A DNA stretch of 64,000 nt from an uncultured Nitrososphaerota archaeon (GCA_963701075.1 OY969559.1:864001-928000); one strand, 5' to 3'. Shown: positions 1-9,990, numbered from the stretch's first letter. Translations and numbers: made by a program. The notes: generated from the letters alone by a model not told the origin.

Positions 1-52
1 CAGAAGATACTTAAATGAAATTCCTATTGACAGTTGATTCACTTGTAAATTT

Positions 53-712
53 CTATTTTGTAAAAGAGACAACTATGTCGTCTTCTGTCTGCTCCAAGTC
101 TACCTTCATATCCCTTGCCAAAAATAGTATTGCAAAGAAGCACCTGATCACGTCTACCAACTCAAGGCCTGAGGTGATGTTCTTAAATGAGCCTGACCCT
201 GTTGGCCTTATCTTGTTCATTATGAGCTCCTCATACTGGCCAATTATCTTCTCAAGCGAGATGAAATAATCGTCAAAGTTTGGTACCTGAACGGGTTCGA
301 AATCCATCTGTCTGCGGCTTGAACGCGGGTTTGCAATAGTTCCAATCAGGTTCTCAAGCACGGAGAGCAACTCATCCAAGGTAACAGGATATGTGGACTC
401 GTGTCGGTAAGGCATGTTTATTATTTCAATATCGACATTTTCTCTCTGGTTGAGGGGCCTTTTCTCCATGGCTGCCTTTTGTAAGGCAAATATGCTTTCC
501 ACCTTCATTCTATGAATCATTGCTGACGAGAGGGCGGCAATTCCTGCTACACGGAGGTCTTTCTTGTCTGTCTGATTTAGAATTGTAATTAACATGCTCA
601 GTATGCGAGTGATATCTATGCTCCAGACATCTTTTTTGGATATGTCAAGAGGTGTAAAGAGAATGTTAACTGGAGGTTGTGCAAGACCAGTGCTAGTATT
701 TTCCTCAGTCAC
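53..712 (-). CDS. scpA: Segregation and condensation protein A (kleisin ScpA)
   Basis: 219 aa; N-terminal 'DVWSIDITRIL...LRVAGIAALSSAMIHRMK' and C-terminal winged-helix 'FFAILFLARDMKVDLEQ', typical of ScpA. Confidence 0.8.
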   Translation of the reverse strand: MTEENTSTGLAQPPVNILFTPLDISKKDVWSIDITRILSMLITILNQTDKKDLRVAGIAALSSAMIHRMKVESIFALQKAAMEKRPLNQRENVDIEIINMPYRHESTYPVTLDELLSVLENLIGTIANPRSSRRQMDFEPVQVPNFDDYFISLEKIIGQYEELIMNKIRPTGSGSFKNITSGLELVDVIRCFFAILFLARDMKVDLEQTEDDIVVSFTK

Positions 713-830
713 TAGATGTCATGTCTCCTATCTTTATAATATCTGTTTGATTTGCTCTTTTGACCGCCCAAGTCAAGAATTTTACCATTTTTGCAACTCA
801 AAAAATATAATCTTGTACTGTATTAGCAAA

Positions 831-1579
831 GTGTTGGATAAAGACCTTGAAAAGTTTGACTTGGCATGTACCTACTTGAAAAATGATCAGAACATCTCAG
901 CACACAATCTGTTCATATCTCTTGCCCAAGATGCAATGAAAAAGGAGAACTTCAAGGCAGGAGTATATCTCATTCTTGCCTCAGAATGCAAGGCAAGGCA
1001 AGGCAAGGATAACAAGGAAGAGCTTGGCATGGCTGCAAAATACTATCTCAAGATTGCAAAAAAAGACAACTTTAGCTCGTCCTATGCATACCAATGTGCA
1101 GCAAGATGCTTTCTCAAGTCAGGCCAGGTAGACATGGCAATGAAAGTGTCAGAAGAGGCAAAAAAACACGTACCAACAATTGTTGAAGAGAAAAGGCCAA
1201 TTGTCATAATAGATGACAGCCCTGCAATTACGTTACGACTCAAGAGTCTATCTTGAGCAACTTGGATATGATGACATCAAGACCACAAATGACGGAAATG
1301 ACGCCATCAAACTTGTTACAAAATTAATCAATGACTCGCAAAATCCCCTCATACTACTTGACATGCAGATGCCCAACATGACAGGTGATACTGTTGCAAA
1401 GAAATTACTGGAGAAAAAACCAGATCTTTCCATCATATTGATAACTGCAGATGAAAAAAGTAATCCGCGAGTTCGCAAGACAATTGGACTTGGCTCTACG
1501 GCATTTATTCAAAAGCCATTTACAATAAATGAGCTGAAAAAATGCACTTGATACCACGGAACAGAACCGTATTAGGTAA
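831..1579 (+). CDS. Response regulator: helical (TPR/SNAP-like) N-terminal domain + C-terminal REC domain; two apparent +1 frameshifts (~1247, ~1542)
   Basis: REC motifs IIDD, LLDMQMP, ITA, FIQKPF are split between ORFs 594-1256 and 1213-1551; removing one base at 1247/1248 joins them (LKSYLEQLG); start at GTG 831 or TTG 834 inferred. Confidence 0.7.
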
Positions 1580-2078
1580 GAAGCAAGAGAGACATATTCA
1601 AGAGATTGACATCTTTTACCTGAAGGCCGCTTATTCTATAATCTGAAACCTGATCAGAAAACTTTTCAATTACTTTTGACGTGGGGTTTTTCTCGGCATT
1701 CTCAAGTCTCATCACTATCAACATGTTCCAATCGCCATCAAGTGTTGCAACAAAAAGATAATTTGGAAACGTCTTTGCAAAATCCTTTATCGATTCGACC
1801 TGACTGTTAATTGAACGGGCAATCTTTAATTTCAAAAACAATGCCTCAAACTCACCTGTGGCAGAGACTCCACTCAAGACTGCCTTGTACCCCTTTATGA
1901 TACCGCTCTTCTCTAACCGCTCAATTCTCTTTCGGATGGTTCTATCAGAAACATCCACTCCTGCATTTCTAAGCTCAGACGCAATCTCTTTGGAAGGGGT
2001 TCTTGCATTCTTGTTTAAAATTGCGATAATCTTTTGGTCTATTTCATCTAAAGAGGACCAGCCTGAATCTTCTGACAT
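1572..2078 (-). CDS. Lrp/AsnC family transcriptional regulator
   Basis: LDEIDQKIIAILNKNAR...TIRKRIERLEKSGIIKGY HTH signature. Confidence 0.9.
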   Translation of the reverse strand: MSEDSGWSSLDEIDQKIIAILNKNARTPSKEIASELRNAGVDVSDRTIRKRIERLEKSGIIKGYKAVLSGVSATGEFEALFLKLKIARSINSQVESIKDFAKTFPNYLFVATLDGDWNMLIVMRLENAEKNPTSKVIEKFSDQVSDYRISGLQVKDVNLLNMSLLLLT

Positions 2079-2116
2079 TATTAGTATAGTAAATCATGTG
2101 TTTTTGAATTTTATGA

Positions 2117-2239
2117 TGGTCCCACGCGCAGGATTCGAACTTGCGACTCTCCGGTTTCTGTAAGCCTGATAGGCTGATGACGGTCAGCCGAGAGCCAACC
2201 ACTACAGCCGGATGCTCTACCAGGCTGAGCTAGCGTGGG
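2117..2239 (-). tRNA. tRNA-Tyr(GTA) with 46-nt intron at 37/38 (2156-2201) and encoded CCA
   Basis: Minus strand folds: acceptor CCCACGC/GCGTGGG, D arm GCTC/GAGC, anticodon stem TCCGG/CCGGA with GTA, T loop TTCGAAT; 4-bp central helix CTGT/ACAG with 3-nt bulges at the splice sites (BHB-like). Confidence 0.95.
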
Positions 2240-2382
2240 ACATCGATTCTCATCCAGTTTGTTCGTATTAAATAATTATCGGATAGGAAAAACAATTGCA
2301 TATTTCCCAAAATCTGAAATAGATCTAGAAAACTTTGGGCCCTACCACACTACATATAAGAAGGTAGTTTGATCCCGATCAC

Positions 2383-2994
2383 GTGTCTGGTTCCGGGGTT
2401 ACCGAGGGAGGATATGTATGTGCACCATATTTGCACAACGAATCATCATCCAAACTCAAAGAATCATTGGAAAACTCTGCTTACATTGATGACATGTACT
2501 TTGTTACTGCCACTTTTTCAGAAGATGGCAATGCATACTTTCCGTCACACAACAATACGTATCTTCTTGCAAGATTTCGAGACCAACAACCTATACTGGA
2601 AGAAGTTAACAAGTACAAGCAAGAGAGACCAACATTTGTCTTCTCAAGATATACAGAGTTCTTTGAAAGATTCAGCGACCAAAAACTCAATCTTGTTTCT
2701 GTTTATTATCTTGATTATGGACACTCAGAATCCGATCTCTCAGACTTGGCATTGATTGTGGCAAAGCGCAACAGAGTAAGACGGGCAGAGTGTGGAACTT
2801 TGCACATGTCCTCAACCGAGTCCCCCAAGTTTACTTTTCCATATGTGGATAATTTGGTTGTCTTTGAAGTCTCAAGTGGAAACACACATCAGAGCGACAA
2901 CAAGTATTGCGAAAAGACAAGAAAGGAAGTTGCAAGAAAAGGAATCAGACTGACCAATTTGTTGAACCTTTCTGTGATAGAAAAAATAAAATAA
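2383..2994 (+). CDS. Hypothetical protein (probably conserved in Nitrososphaerota)
   Basis: 203-aa ORF, GTG start about 25 nt after TATATAA; normal codon usage; no recognisable domain. Confidence 0.65.
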   Translation: MSGSGVTEGGYVCAPYLHNESSSKLKESLENSAYIDDMYFVTATFSEDGNAYFPSHNNTYLLARFRDQQPILEEVNKYKQERPTFVFSRYTEFFERFSDQKLNLVSVYYLDYGHSESDLSDLALIVAKRNRVRRAECGTLHMSSTESPKFTFPYVDNLVVFEVSSGNTHQSDNKYCEKTRKEVARKGIRLTNLLNLSVIEKIK

Positions 2995-3029
2995 AAAAGT
3001 TATATACTCTGCCAAATTCTGTTTGTGTG

Positions 3030-3437
3030 ATGAGCAAGCCTTCTGAACTTGGTTCACTTAAAATTGGATCTTACATCTTGCTACCTGTTGACGCTTCAAG
3101 TCAAGAGCCATGCAAGATAGTAGAATATGATACCAGTAAACCGGGAAAGCACGGAGTTGCAAAGGCAAGAATTGTAGCTGTTGGAATATTTGACAAGAAA
3201 AAATATCCACACGTATCTCCTGTGAGTGCACAGGTACAGGTACCGCTAATTGACAAGAGGGTGGGCTCTGTGATATCAAAAACCGATGCAATTGTACAGG
3301 TAATGGACTCGGAGAGCTTTGAGGTCTTCGATGTGTCACAGATAGAAGATGAAGTGGTAGACAAGGTAGCCCAGGGACAAGATGTTGAATACTGGAAGGT
3401 AATGGATAGAACTATTATAGTCCGAATCAAGAACTAG
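3030..3437 (+). CDS. eif5a: Translation factor aIF-5A (hypusinated)
   Basis: SKPGKHGVAKARI hypusine loop; start reassigned to ATG 3030 downstream of AAAAAGTTATATA (BRE/TATA). Confidence 0.95.
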   Translation: MSKPSELGSLKIGSYILLPVDASSQEPCKIVEYDTSKPGKHGVAKARIVAVGIFDKKKYPHVSPVSAQVQVPLIDKRVGSVISKTDAIVQVMDSESFEVFDVSQIEDEVVDKVAQGQDVEYWKVMDRTIIVRIKN

Positions 3438-3441
3438 GTTC

Positions 3442-3509
3442 GGATGCTGATGATGACGAGAAAAGCCAACTGATATCATTGTGATGAAGATTATGAGTGT
3501 GAAGCATCC
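3442..3509 (+). ncRNA. Putative C/D-box guide sRNA
   Basis: Terminal stem GGATGC/GCATCC; C box TGATGA (3448, repeated TGATGATGA), D' CTGA (3470), C' GTGATGA (3481), D-like GTGA (3499); D guide AGATTATGAGT. Confidence 0.75.
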
Positions 3510-3562
3510 AAGGCTTTCTCTTTCTCGAATGAGTTATACGCAGTGACATGCATACATAGCAC

Positions 3563-3676
3563 ATGAAAGGCCTATGTCACGTATGTCTTGCATCAAACGT
3601 CGAGGTTACGCTAAAGGGCCCCTTGGCCCTGTGTGAGGGCTGCCTCAAAAAAGTAACCGAGTTAGAAAAAAATTAA
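3563..3676 (+). CDS. 37-aa zinc-finger microprotein (CxxC...CxxC)
   Basis: MKGLCHVCLASNVEVTLKGPLALCEGCLKKVTELEKN; below the ORF-track cutoff; co-oriented between the sRNA and dph6. Confidence 0.65.
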   Translation: MKGLCHVCLASNVEVTLKGPLALCEGCLKKVTELEKN

Positions 3677-3702
3677 TTGAATAGATACATCCAGAGTGCA
3701 AA

Positions 3703-4392
3703 TTGAAACTTGGATCACTTTTCTCAGGCGGAAAGGACAGTACCTTTGCCATTTACAAGGCAAAATCTGAAGGCCATGACATATCATGTCTTGTTACCAT
3801 ATTTCCAAAATCTGAAGAAAGTCATCTACTACACCATCCAAACATTGGGCTTACTGTACTCCAGGCAAAAGCTATGAACATTCCGCAAATTACTGTCGGT
3901 CTTGATTCTGATGATACCAAAATAGAGGTTGATAATCTAAAAAAAGCGTTAAAGACCGCAAAAGAGCAGTTTGGAATAGAGGGAGTAGTTCATGGGGGAA
4001 TCCGTAGTGAATTTCAGAAAAACCACTTTGAAACAATTTGTCGCAGTATGAATCTTGACGTGATCGCTCCGCTTTGGAATGTAAACGAGGCAAGCTATCT
4101 GCGTGAGCTGATACAATCTGGGTTTCAGTTTATTGTTACAAGTGTTACTGCACAGGGACTTGACGATTCTTGGCTTGGAAAAGAAATAACTGCACCAGAT
4201 GTTGAAAAATTAATTGCCATGTCATCCAAGTTTGGGTTCAACGCATCGTTTGAGGGAGGAGAGGCGGAGACATTTGTGGTATCATGTCCTTTGTTTTCTG
4301 GACGCATCAAGATTGTAAAATCAAACCAAATATGGGATGGGTACAGAGGAAGGTTTGAAATAACCGAAGCTGTTTTGGAAGAGCAATGCTAG
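3703..4392 (+). CDS. dph6: Diphthine--ammonia ligase
   Basis: SGGKDS PP-loop; FEGGEAETFV motif. Confidence 0.9.
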   Translation: MKLGSLFSGGKDSTFAIYKAKSEGHDISCLVTIFPKSEESHLLHHPNIGLTVLQAKAMNIPQITVGLDSDDTKIEVDNLKKALKTAKEQFGIEGVVHGGIRSEFQKNHFETICRSMNLDVIAPLWNVNEASYLRELIQSGFQFIVTSVTAQGLDDSWLGKEITAPDVEKLIAMSSKFGFNASFEGGEAETFVVSCPLFSGRIKIVKSNQIWDGYRGRFEITEAVLEEQC

Positions 4393-5712
4393 ACAGCCTC
4401 AAGACAGGCCTCCGGGCTGCACTGAAAAAAATAGTCAACTCGTCTGCCATAGATGAGGCACTAATCAAGGAATTATCTAAAGACATCCAGAGGGCACTGC
4501 TACAGTCTGATGTCAATGTAAAACTTGTCTTTCAAATTACAAAAAATCTGGAGGAGCGCTCTCTCAACGAGACTCCACCTCCGGGGCTATCAAGAAAGGA
4601 TCACATTGTAAAGATCTTGTATGACGAACTTTCAAAATTGCTGGGAACAGAGAACGAGTACATTTTCCAGCCAGGTAAGATGAACCGCGTACTAATGCTT
4701 GGAATCCAGGGTAGCGGCAAGACAACAATAACATCAAAACTTGCAAAATATCTGACAAAGCAGGGATATAGGGTCTGTGTAGTTGGAGCAGACACGTACA
4801 GGCCTGGAGCCTTGACTCAACTCAAGACAATGTGTGAAAAGGCAAATGTTGAAGTCTATGGCGAGGAAGGCAACAAGGACTCGCCTGAGATTGTAAAAAA
4901 TGGCCTGAAACATTTTGAGGGAAAGAATTTTGATATTGCACTGATAGATACTGCTGGACGACACAAGGAAGAAAAAGATCTACTCGACGAAATGGTTCGA
5001 ATAGGTCAGGTAGCAAACCCTGACTTGGCATTGCTCATCATTGATGGTACAATAGGCCAGCAGTGTTACAACCAGGCAGAAGCGTTTCACAAAACAGTTC
5101 CAGTTGGCGGTATCATCATAACAAAATTAGATTCTAGTGCAAAGGGTGGTGGGGCTCTTGCTGCAGCGGCCGCTACCGGTGCTAAAATAATGTACATTGG
5201 AACAGGTGAGCGAATTGACGATTTGGAAAAGTTTTCGCCAACTAGATTTGTCGGAAGGATGCTTGGAATGGGAGACATTCAGGCCCTGCTTGACATGGCA
5301 GCAAGACTGGAGACTGAGGGAAACGAAGAGAGGCTCAAGCGCATATCGCATGGCAAGATGAACATGGAAGATTTCTATTTCCAGATAGAAGAAGCTTACA
5401 AAGGCAGGAGGCCTGCGAAGCATAATGGAGAACATGCCTGGAATTTCTGGAATGGTAAAAGAAGACCAGCTAGACCAACAGGAAGAGAGGATGGAAAGAT
5501 GGAGGTATGCAATACAGTCCATGACAAAAGAGGAAAAGGCTGATCCAGATCTAATCAATGCATCTCGCGTAAAGAGAATCGCGCGTGGCTCTGGCTGGCC
5601 TGAACATGAGATAAAAGAGTTACTCAAAGCATACAAGAACTCTAAGACCATGATGAAAGCATCAAAGGGCAGGCAATTACAGGGAATGCTGCGCAAGATG
5701 GGTCTTGGATAA
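4386..5712 (+). CDS. srp54: Signal recognition particle protein Srp54 (apparent +1 frameshift at ~5393)
   Basis: GIQGSGKTT, DTAGRH, TKLD GTPase motifs; M domain (SMTKEE, SRVKRIARGSG) continues in ORF 5425-5712; one-base removal restores IEELTKAGGLRSIMENMPG. Confidence 0.93.
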
Positions 5713-5915
5713 ATTTCGACATATTTTGATTCTTTTAGCAAAATTTGAGATCGCCAAAATACTGTTCTTTGCAAGTTGTTTATAGAATTGTCAGATTCAA
5801 ACTCCTTTTCCATAATTTTTTATTTTCATTAGATGGTTCTCTCTTATCTGTACTGGCTAGTGAAATTCACGGGTAGAGATTTATGCACCTGTTCATCCTA
5901 CCCCGATAGATTCAG

Positions 5916-8246
5916 ATGCCATTAGAGCAAAACACCGGACTTGTTCGTAGTCTATCTCTATTAGACATAACTATGATTGGTATTGCCGCAATGATAGGTG
6001 GCGCCATCTTTAATCTAGTAGGTCCTGCAATGAATCAAACAGGACCATCTCTTATCATTGTCTTTCTTGTCAGCGGAATAATCAGCCTTTTTACTGCTTT
6101 GACTTATGCTGAACTTGGTTCTGCATTTCCAGAAGCCGGTGGTGGCTATAGATGGGTAAGAGAAGGACTCCCAAGACCAAATGCCTTCATCAGCGGTTGG
6201 ATAGCTTGGTTTGCTCACATGATAGCAGGCAGTCTCTACGCTGTTTCGATCGGGGATTTTTTTGGAGGTTTTCTTACAAGTGTTGGCGTTGCATCTGAAT
6301 ATGGAGGAGTGCCACTAGGAAAAATTATTGCAATAATTTCGATAATAATATTTACATACGTAAATTACAGAGGAGTTTCACTCACCGGTAAAGTAGGAAA
6401 CATACTTACAATTACACAGCTAGGAATAATAGTAATTCTAATAGTTGCTGGCTTGTTTGCAATGGCTTTTTTCAATCCTCACTGGGCAGTAAACTTTCAA
6501 CATCTTGCTCCAAATGGAATAACTGGTTTTATTTTGGCGATGGGAATTACATACATTGCTTTTGAGGGTTATGAGATAATCGTACAAGCCGGAGAAGAGG
6601 TAAAAAATCCAAAGAAAAATATTCCAAGAGCAATTTTTATTGCGTTGGGAGTAGTGACCGCTCTCTACATAGTTTTTACTTTCTCATTTCTTGGAGGATT
6701 GAGTAGTTCTGTTCTTGGAAAGGAAGTCTGGCAATACATTGGTGGTTATCAGGATCTTGGAATTGCACAGGCTGCTCAACACCTTGTACCATATGGAACA
6801 ATTGTAGTTTTTGCAGGAGGAATGATCTCAAGTGTGGCAGCCCTTAGTGCCACCACTTTCTCATCAAGTAGAGTTTCATATGCAATGGGCAGACAATACA
6901 ATCTGCCATACATTTTCAGCTCTATTCATGCCAAATATCACACGCCTCATTTTGCAGTGATCGCTTCAGGGTTCATCATGTTGATAATGGCAACATGGCT
7001 CCCATTGGAACAAATCGCAATTGTCGCCGGTGTGATGTTTCTATTTCTCTTTACTCAGGTTAACTGGGCAGGAATTAATATTCGAAGACTCTACGGCCAC
7101 AAGCTAGACTATGGGTTTAAAATTCCTCTATTTCCACTCATGCCAATAATTGGCATAATTTGTAAGGCAGGACTTGCCATTTTCCTGCTGATATACGATC
7201 CACTGAGCTGGGCAATCGCCATTGTGTGGATTATTATAGGATTTTCAATCTACAAATTGTACATCTCAAAAAAAGAGATAGAGCATTATGCTCCCCTAGT
7301 CGCAAACATGGGTCCTTCCAATAGAAAAGATTACCGCATAATGGTTGTTTTTAACAAAAAAACTGTTGAAAAACTTGTAAAGATTGCATCTGCCATAGCA
7401 AAAGACAAGGACGGTGAAATCTCGCTTCTAAATGTGGCAACAATACCTCTCCAGATTCCACTCTCGATGGCACATGGTTTTGCCGATCCTGTTATGAAAT
7501 CATTTGATGAATTAAAAAAGAATCCCAGTTTTTTAGAATATCGATATCTTGTCAGACTGTCACATGATACAACGGAGGCAATTCTTGCTACTGTGGAGGA
7601 ACAGGGAATAAATCTTCTTATAATGGATTTCTTTGATCTTCGAAATAATAGAAAATTGATGACTCTTACTACGTGCGATATTCTTGGGGTAAGTATTAGG
7701 AAGGAATTTGAAAAAGAACTTTCGCATATCGTAATTGCATATGACAAAGGAAGGCACTCAGATTTCGGGCTCGAAATTGCAAATTCATTTTCTAAATCCT
7801 TGGACAGCAAGATAAGAATTTTGAGAGGAGTTGTAGAATCGCCTGAAGAGGAACGGGACATCCTGAGTAAAATAAACGAAAAAATGTTTGATCTTGATCT
7901 TAAAAAAATACCAGTTGAAAGAATTTATCCCACAAGTATTGATGTAACGAAAGATCTGCTAGAAAACCTAAACAAAGACCCCGAGGTAGTAATAATTGGA
8001 GCAGGAAATCAACCAGAACAAGCTTTCAGTCCTAAAACATTGGAAATAGTAGAAAAATCTCGTTTCAGTGTATTTGTAGTACGTAATTCAAGACTTTCTG
8101 AGATCAAAGCAAGATACTTTTGGCACATGATTGCTCCAAGACTAAAAGAGAACAGATTTGTTTACAAAATATACAGTACATCTCTTCGATTAATAAAATC
8201 AAGGAAAAGAATATCCGATGAAGAATACTTTTCTCCAAAAATCTAA
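5916..8246 (+). CDS. APC-family amino acid permease with C-terminal cytoplasmic USP-like domains
   Basis: About 12 TM; YAELGSAFPEAGGGY and AFEGYEIIVQAGEEVKNPKKNIPRA motifs; ~300-aa soluble tail with two USP-like beta-alpha starts (RIMVVF, HIVIAYD). Confidence 0.85.
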   Translation: MPLEQNTGLVRSLSLLDITMIGIAAMIGGAIFNLVGPAMNQTGPSLIIVFLVSGIISLFTALTYAELGSAFPEAGGGYRWVREGLPRPNAFISGWIAWFAHMIAGSLYAVSIGDFFGGFLTSVGVASEYGGVPLGKIIAIISIIIFTYVNYRGVSLTGKVGNILTITQLGIIVILIVAGLFAMAFFNPHWAVNFQHLAPNGITGFILAMGITYIAFEGYEIIVQAGEEVKNPKKNIPRAIFIALGVVTALYIVFTFSFLGGLSSSVLGKEVWQYIGGYQDLGIAQAAQHLVPYGTIVVFAGGMISSVAALSATTFSSSRVSYAMGRQYNLPYIFSSIHAKYHTPHFAVIASGFIMLIMATWLPLEQIAIVAGVMFLFLFTQVNWAGINIRRLYGHKLDYGFKIPLFPLMPIIGIICKAGLAIFLLIYDPLSWAIAIVWIIIGFSIYKLYISKKEIEHYAPLVANMGPSNRKDYRIMVVFNKKTVEKLVKIASAIAKDKDGEISLLNVATIPLQIPLSMAHGFADPVMKSFDELKKNPSFLEYRYLVRLSHDTTEAILATVEEQGINLLIMDFFDLRNNRKLMTLTTCDILGVSIRKEFEKELSHIVIAYDKGRHSDFGLEIANSFSKSLDSKIRILRGVVESPEEERDILSKINEKMFDLDLKKIPVERIYPTSIDVTKDLLENLNKDPEVVIIGAGNQPEQAFSPKTLEIVEKSRFSVFVVRNSRLSEIKARYFWHMIAPRLKENRFVYKIYSTSLRLIKSRKRISDEEYFSPKI

Positions 8247-8317
8247 TTTTATGCTGCAGATTTACTAATTCTAGTCTTACAGGATTCAAACTTTCAGTGA
8301 GTTCAGGTTGTAGAGAT

Positions 8318-8533
8318 CTAACTATAATATTTTTTCAAGAAGTGTTCTTTGTTTTCATAGTATAGACGTAAAACATAATCATCAAGTGATTTTAGTAGAT
8401 AAAGAATTCCACCTTTTCTGATTTTTTTGATCTCTTTTATCGTGTAGATTTTATCAAAGTCTCCCTCGTAATCTGTTATTCGTACCATGTCTCCACGATG
8501 AAACGTGTTCATAGTCATCATCCGAGACATCAA
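8318..8533 (-). CDS. Small hypothetical protein (KOW/SH3-like start 'FHRGDMVRI')
   Basis: 71-aa ORF, divergent from the Lrp gene. Confidence 0.5.
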   Translation of the reverse strand: MMSRMMTMNTFHRGDMVRITDYEGDFDKIYTIKEIKKIRKGGILYLLKSLDDYVLRLYYENKEHFLKKYYS

Positions 8534-8586
8534 GATGCATGAATATAGATATTATTGTTATTTGATAACATTTTCAAATAGTTAAT

Positions 8587-9129
8587 ATGTTACTAGATAA
8601 CGCAATTACAACGATGAAGGAACCATCGTTTGTTCTTGATGAGACAGACCTTTTGATATTGGAACGCATGGCACAGGATGCAAATGTGTCATTTAAGCAG
8701 TTGGCGCAGTCGCTAAAAGTTGATCAGCGTACAATAGCAAAAAGGATAAGCGAAATGAAACAAAATGGAGTTCTTAAGACAAAGATTGAGATCGACTGGC
8801 CTCGACTAGGGCTTGGAATTGCAACCTATGTTGGAGCCGAGACAGGCCTTGGAGAAAAAGATGTTGCCAAACTACAGGAATACATTAGAAAGGAACCGCG
8901 CATTACAGAGGCCTATTCAACAATAGGCGGTCAGGAATATTTTTTCAAAGTGGTGGAGACAGACCTGCAAAGCTTAAGAGATGTTCTCTTACCTCTTGAG
9001 CCAATTACTTCAAAGCTCACAAGCTCCATAATATCTTCGAACATAAAAGATCATGATGATGTAACTCTTTTGCATTTTTTAAGACAGAGAGGATTTTCAC
9101 GTAAGAAGAAAAAGACTACACCTGGGTGA
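8587..9129 (+). CDS. Lrp/AsnC family transcriptional regulator
   Basis: LDETDLLILERMAQDANVSFKQLA...TIAKRISEMKQNGVL HTH; C-terminal RAM-like EAYSTIGGQEYFFKV. Confidence 0.85.
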   Translation: MLLDNAITTMKEPSFVLDETDLLILERMAQDANVSFKQLAQSLKVDQRTIAKRISEMKQNGVLKTKIEIDWPRLGLGIATYVGAETGLGEKDVAKLQEYIRKEPRITEAYSTIGGQEYFFKVVETDLQSLRDVLLPLEPITSKLTSSIISSNIKDHDDVTLLHFLRQRGFSRKKKKTTPG

Positions 9130-9150
9130 CTAGAAGCATTGACCGTCTAA

Positions 9151-9714
9151 CTATTTTTTAATGTTATCTCTGTAAAGTGTAGGCTCGTATGTTTGATTAG
9201 CATTTAGCAAATCAAGGTACGAGTCTACATTTAGACAATATCCTGCTAGGATATTTAGCTGTTTTACCCCTGAATCAGAATTAATTTCAAACCATATGTT
9301 GGTTATGAACTTGTTATTATTTGGATTATGTATAGACCAAGGTGAATTCGAATCTTCAATAAGCATTGTTTCCCCCACTATGAAAGATTTTCTTGTACCG
9401 CCAATTATTAATTCAAGACCATGTGAATCTATGAATTTTTCTAAAGTAAGCAAAGGATTTTTATTGTATATCTGTTCTGCTAGCTGTTTTGGAATTTTAA
9501 GAGGCATCGATACGCCATGTTTGCCTCCTTTAGATCTTGTACAAACTAAAATATGAAAATCTTCAAATTTTTTCAGATAAATGGAAAAAGTTTGTATTTT
9601 GCCGTTTAATGTTTTTATCGCATCATAATTTGTTATTACATCATTAATCTGCGATTCATTAATCTGTGATTCATTCATTAATTTTATGATTTTGTCATTG
9701 ATTTCTAAATTCAT
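9151..9714 (-). CDS. Hypothetical protein, low GC
   Basis: 187-aa ORF; short NESQI duplication. Confidence 0.6.
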   Translation of the reverse strand: MNLEINDKIIKLMNESQINESQINDVITNYDAIKTLNGKIQTFSIYLKKFEDFHILVCTRSKGGKHGVSMPLKIPKQLAEQIYNKNPLLTLEKFIDSHGLELIIGGTRKSFIVGETMLIEDSNSPWSIHNPNNNKFITNIWFEINSDSGVKQLNILAGYCLNVDSYLDLLNANQTYEPTLYRDNIKK

Positions 9715-9990
9715 GACTGATTTTTATTTACCATTTTTCAATTAAGGTTTTCCATTTGTTATAGCCTTGAGTGACTATTTTACAAACTTGAGCGTGTGTT
9801 GACCATTCAAATCTGTGTGTAGTCTAAGGTATCTTTGACCGTCCGACCCTCTCATCGTCTATAGATTCCACTCACAACTCGATGACCGTCTCATGATGAT
9901 CACGTAATGATTTGTTGTAATTTCCTGTGTCTCATTTTTATGGGATCGCATTTTTATTCCGGTACGACTTTCTCTTAGTAGATAAGTTGT

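Noticed and set aside
2156-2201. CTGA and TGATGA in the tRNA-Tyr intron suggesting an intronic C/D RNA
   Set aside because: TGATGA is on the non-transcribed strand; the transcribed intron lacks a C box.
3605-3658. Apparent three-way RNA junction (GGTTAC/GTAACC, AGGGCC/GGCCCT)
   Set aside because: Lies within the 37-aa zinc-finger ORF, which explains the GC content more simply.
5393-5712. Programmed frameshift or pseudogenisation of srp54 (likewise aroA and NUDIX)
   Set aside because: No slippery site, essential gene, and it fits the window-wide two-allele insertion pattern.
9641-9675. 15-bp tandem repeat (2.3 copies)
   Set aside because: Simple in-frame NESQI duplication with no further structure.
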